DNA of 64,000 bases from Okamejei kenojei (Eukaryota). Positions 62,115 through 64,000 of this stretch are shown one piece after another (position 1 is the first letter of the stretch; every line of letters starts with the position of its first letter). The notes beneath the pieces were generated by a model. That model made no database searches, was not told the DNA's origin, and worked only from the letters and a program-made list of their open reading frames with translations. Made by a program: the position numbers and the translations under genes. Location of the stretch: positions 4,650,001-4,714,000 of the forward strand of contig CM069160.1 of assembly GCA_035221665.1 (NCBI GenBank), given 5' to 3'.

Positions 62115-63016
62115 CAAACGTTCTCTCTCTCGTGGTCCTGTCCCGGGGAATGTGCGGCCTCTCCAAAGTGGTCATCCGTTACATGCTAACTATGGCAGTC
62201 GCAGACACAATGGTCTGTATATTTAATGTCACCGTGGGGAACGTCCTCAGGTATCATTTTCCGGATTCATTCCTGGCATACACCTGTACGTGTCGCCTTA
62301 CATCCTTTATACAAATATCCTGCGTACAATTCTCCGTCTGGTCCACAGTGTCATTCACAGTCGACCGCTTCTTCGCCATTTGTTGCCAGAAATTAAAATC
62401 AAAATACTGCACCGAGAGAACCGCCGCAGTGATTCTAACGACAGTGTGTTTGTGCAGCTTTTTGATCCATATTCCAGTTTATTTTCGGAATGAGCCCAGC
62501 TATATTGCCGGTGATATACGATGGGGCTGCCAGACAGTTGCAGAATATGCTACATCGACCGCATGGAAGACGTACAAATGGGTCTCCAAACTTTTGGTAC
62601 CACTGCTGCCACTGCCGCTGGTACTGCTGTTAAATTCACTGACCGTCGGGCACATTGTACAGGTCAGTCGAATTCGCAGCGCCCTGAAGCGCCGCGTGGA
62701 CGGTAATATCTGTGATCCCGAGATCAGAAACCGGAGGACTTCAATCATTCTGTTATTTGCTATCTCGGGGAGCTTCACTGCGCTGTGGACTCCAGTTATG
62801 ATACTCGACTTGTGTTTCGAAGTCACGCAGAGTTTTGCGGTCAACGCCCCAAGGTCCCTTTATCTTGCGATTAGAATAGCGCTTCTGCTAATGTATTTGA
62901 GTTCCTGTACAAACACTTGTATTTATGCTCTTGTCCAGAGGAGGTTCCGGGAGGATGCGAAGAAAGTGATAGCATATCCATTTATTATTATTGTCCGGTT
63001 TTTAAAAATAAATTAG
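62115..63016 (+). CDS. GPR139/GPR142-like class A GPCR, gene B, exon 2; intact 323-aa protein with exon 1
   Basis: cttgttacag| ANVLSLVVLSRGMCGLSKVVIRYMLTMAVAD...SVWSTVSFTVDRFFAICC...NSLTV...NRRTSIILLFAISG...SSCTNTCIYALVQRRFRE...*; seven hydrophobic segments; 70+902=972 nt. Confidence 0.93.
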
Positions 63017-63084
63017 ACCGTTGAATCGAAGCTTGTTGCCTGATCTCTTGCATTACCTGCCATTTAACTGCCCTTCCCTTTTCC

Positions 63085-63722
63085 ATACCGACGTATCTGT
63101 CCTTGGCCATAGGAGAGAGGCCACACACAAACTGGCGAAGCAGAACCTTATATTCTGCTGAGTTAGCCTAGTACACAACGGTATGAAGATTGATGTATAG
63201 CAAGGAACTGCAGATGCGCGTTCAAACCGAAGATAGGCACAAAATGCTGAAACAACTCAGCGGGACAGGCAGCATCTCTGGAGAGAAAGATTGGGGAACA
63301 TCACCCATTCCTTCCCTCCAGAGATGCAGCCTGTCCCGCCGAGTTACTCCAGCATTTTGTGTCTTTCGGTATGAAGATTGAATATCCCAATTTTAAATAG
63401 TATCACCCTGTCGTTCATGTGCCCCTAACCCGATACGGCACCCGTTCTTCCCAATATCCCCCCACTCCCTGTCCACTTCCATCAACATCCCTCCCTCTGG
63501 CTTCACATTTCACTCCTTCTCTTTCCACATCCAACAGAATTTTGTCTCATTTTCACCTTTAGCCGTTTTCATTATTTTCAACCATCAGCCAATCACCCTT
63601 CCCCTCACCCGAATCCACGTAATACTGGCGTTGGGAGGAACTGCAGAAGCTAGTTTCTAAGGAAGATAGACACAAAGTGCTGGAGTAACTCAGCGGGTCA
63701 GGCAACATCTCTGAAGAAAAAC
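63085..63722. mobile_element. Penelope 3' fragment containing a fold-back mini-element (63194-63366)
   Basis: KLAKQNLIF..GMKIEYPNF remnant; inverted arms; TSD cggtatgaagattga (63179-63193 and 63367-63381). Confidence 0.75.
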
Positions 63723-64000
63723 ATATAGAAACATAGACATAGAAAACATAGAAATTAGGTGCAGGAGCAGGCCATTCGGCCCTTCGAGCCTGCACCGCCA
63801 TTCAATATGATCATCCAACTCAGTATCCTGCACCTGCCTTCTCTCCATACCCCCTGATCCCTTCAGCCACAAGGGCCACATCCAACTCCCTCTTAAATAT
63901 GGCCAACGAACTGGCCTCAACTACCTTCTGTGGCAGAGAATTCCACAGATTCACCACTCTCTGTGTGAAAAACGATTTTCTCATCTCGGTCCTAAAAGAC
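63722..64000 (-). mobile_element. CR1-type LINE 3' end, running off the window
   Basis: catagaaacatag...ggtgcaggagcaggccattcggcccttcgagcctgcaccgcc. Confidence 0.9.

Noticed and set aside
1-64000. Prokaryotic systems (CRISPR arrays, operons, rRNA)
   Set aside because: None seen; the DNA is intron-containing vertebrate sequence and the recurring short repeats are dispersed retroposon ends, not a spaced array.

Overview
Eukaryotic, repeat-rich genomic DNA. The repeat families (HE1-type SINEs, HER1/CR1, Rex1/Babar, Penelope) point to a cartilaginous fish, most likely a skate or ray (inference). There are two N-gaps and long error-prone stretches (about 9-17 kb and 51-60.5 kb). Host genes reconstructed by hand from splice sites: (1) A minus-strand, five-exon non-classical MHC class I-like gene (alpha1 ~14933-15224, alpha2 12194-12476, alpha3 6818-7083, TM 3764-3873, cytoplasmic 1774-1814). 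Its alpha2 is CD1-like and, after a one-base homopolymer correction, its tail carries a YQNI sorting motif. (2) The terminal PRY/SPRY (B30.2) exon of a TRIM- or butyrophilin-type gene (24401-24924, +). (3) Two divergently oriented, two-exon GPR139/GPR142-like class A GPCR genes: one intact (61252-63016, +) and one with a 1-bp frameshift (43743-46661, -), with a CTCF-like site between them. The rest is mostly transposon-derived: two long L1s, many CR1s, a Penelope element plus many short hammerhead-bearing or fold-back derivatives, a full-length Tc1, a hAT-like MITE, a Tx1 fragment inside a GA microsatellite, RTE and Daphne/L2-like fragments, and SINEs, often nested. All family assignments come from recognised motifs, not database searches. 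Repeat boundaries are approximate unless a TSD is given.
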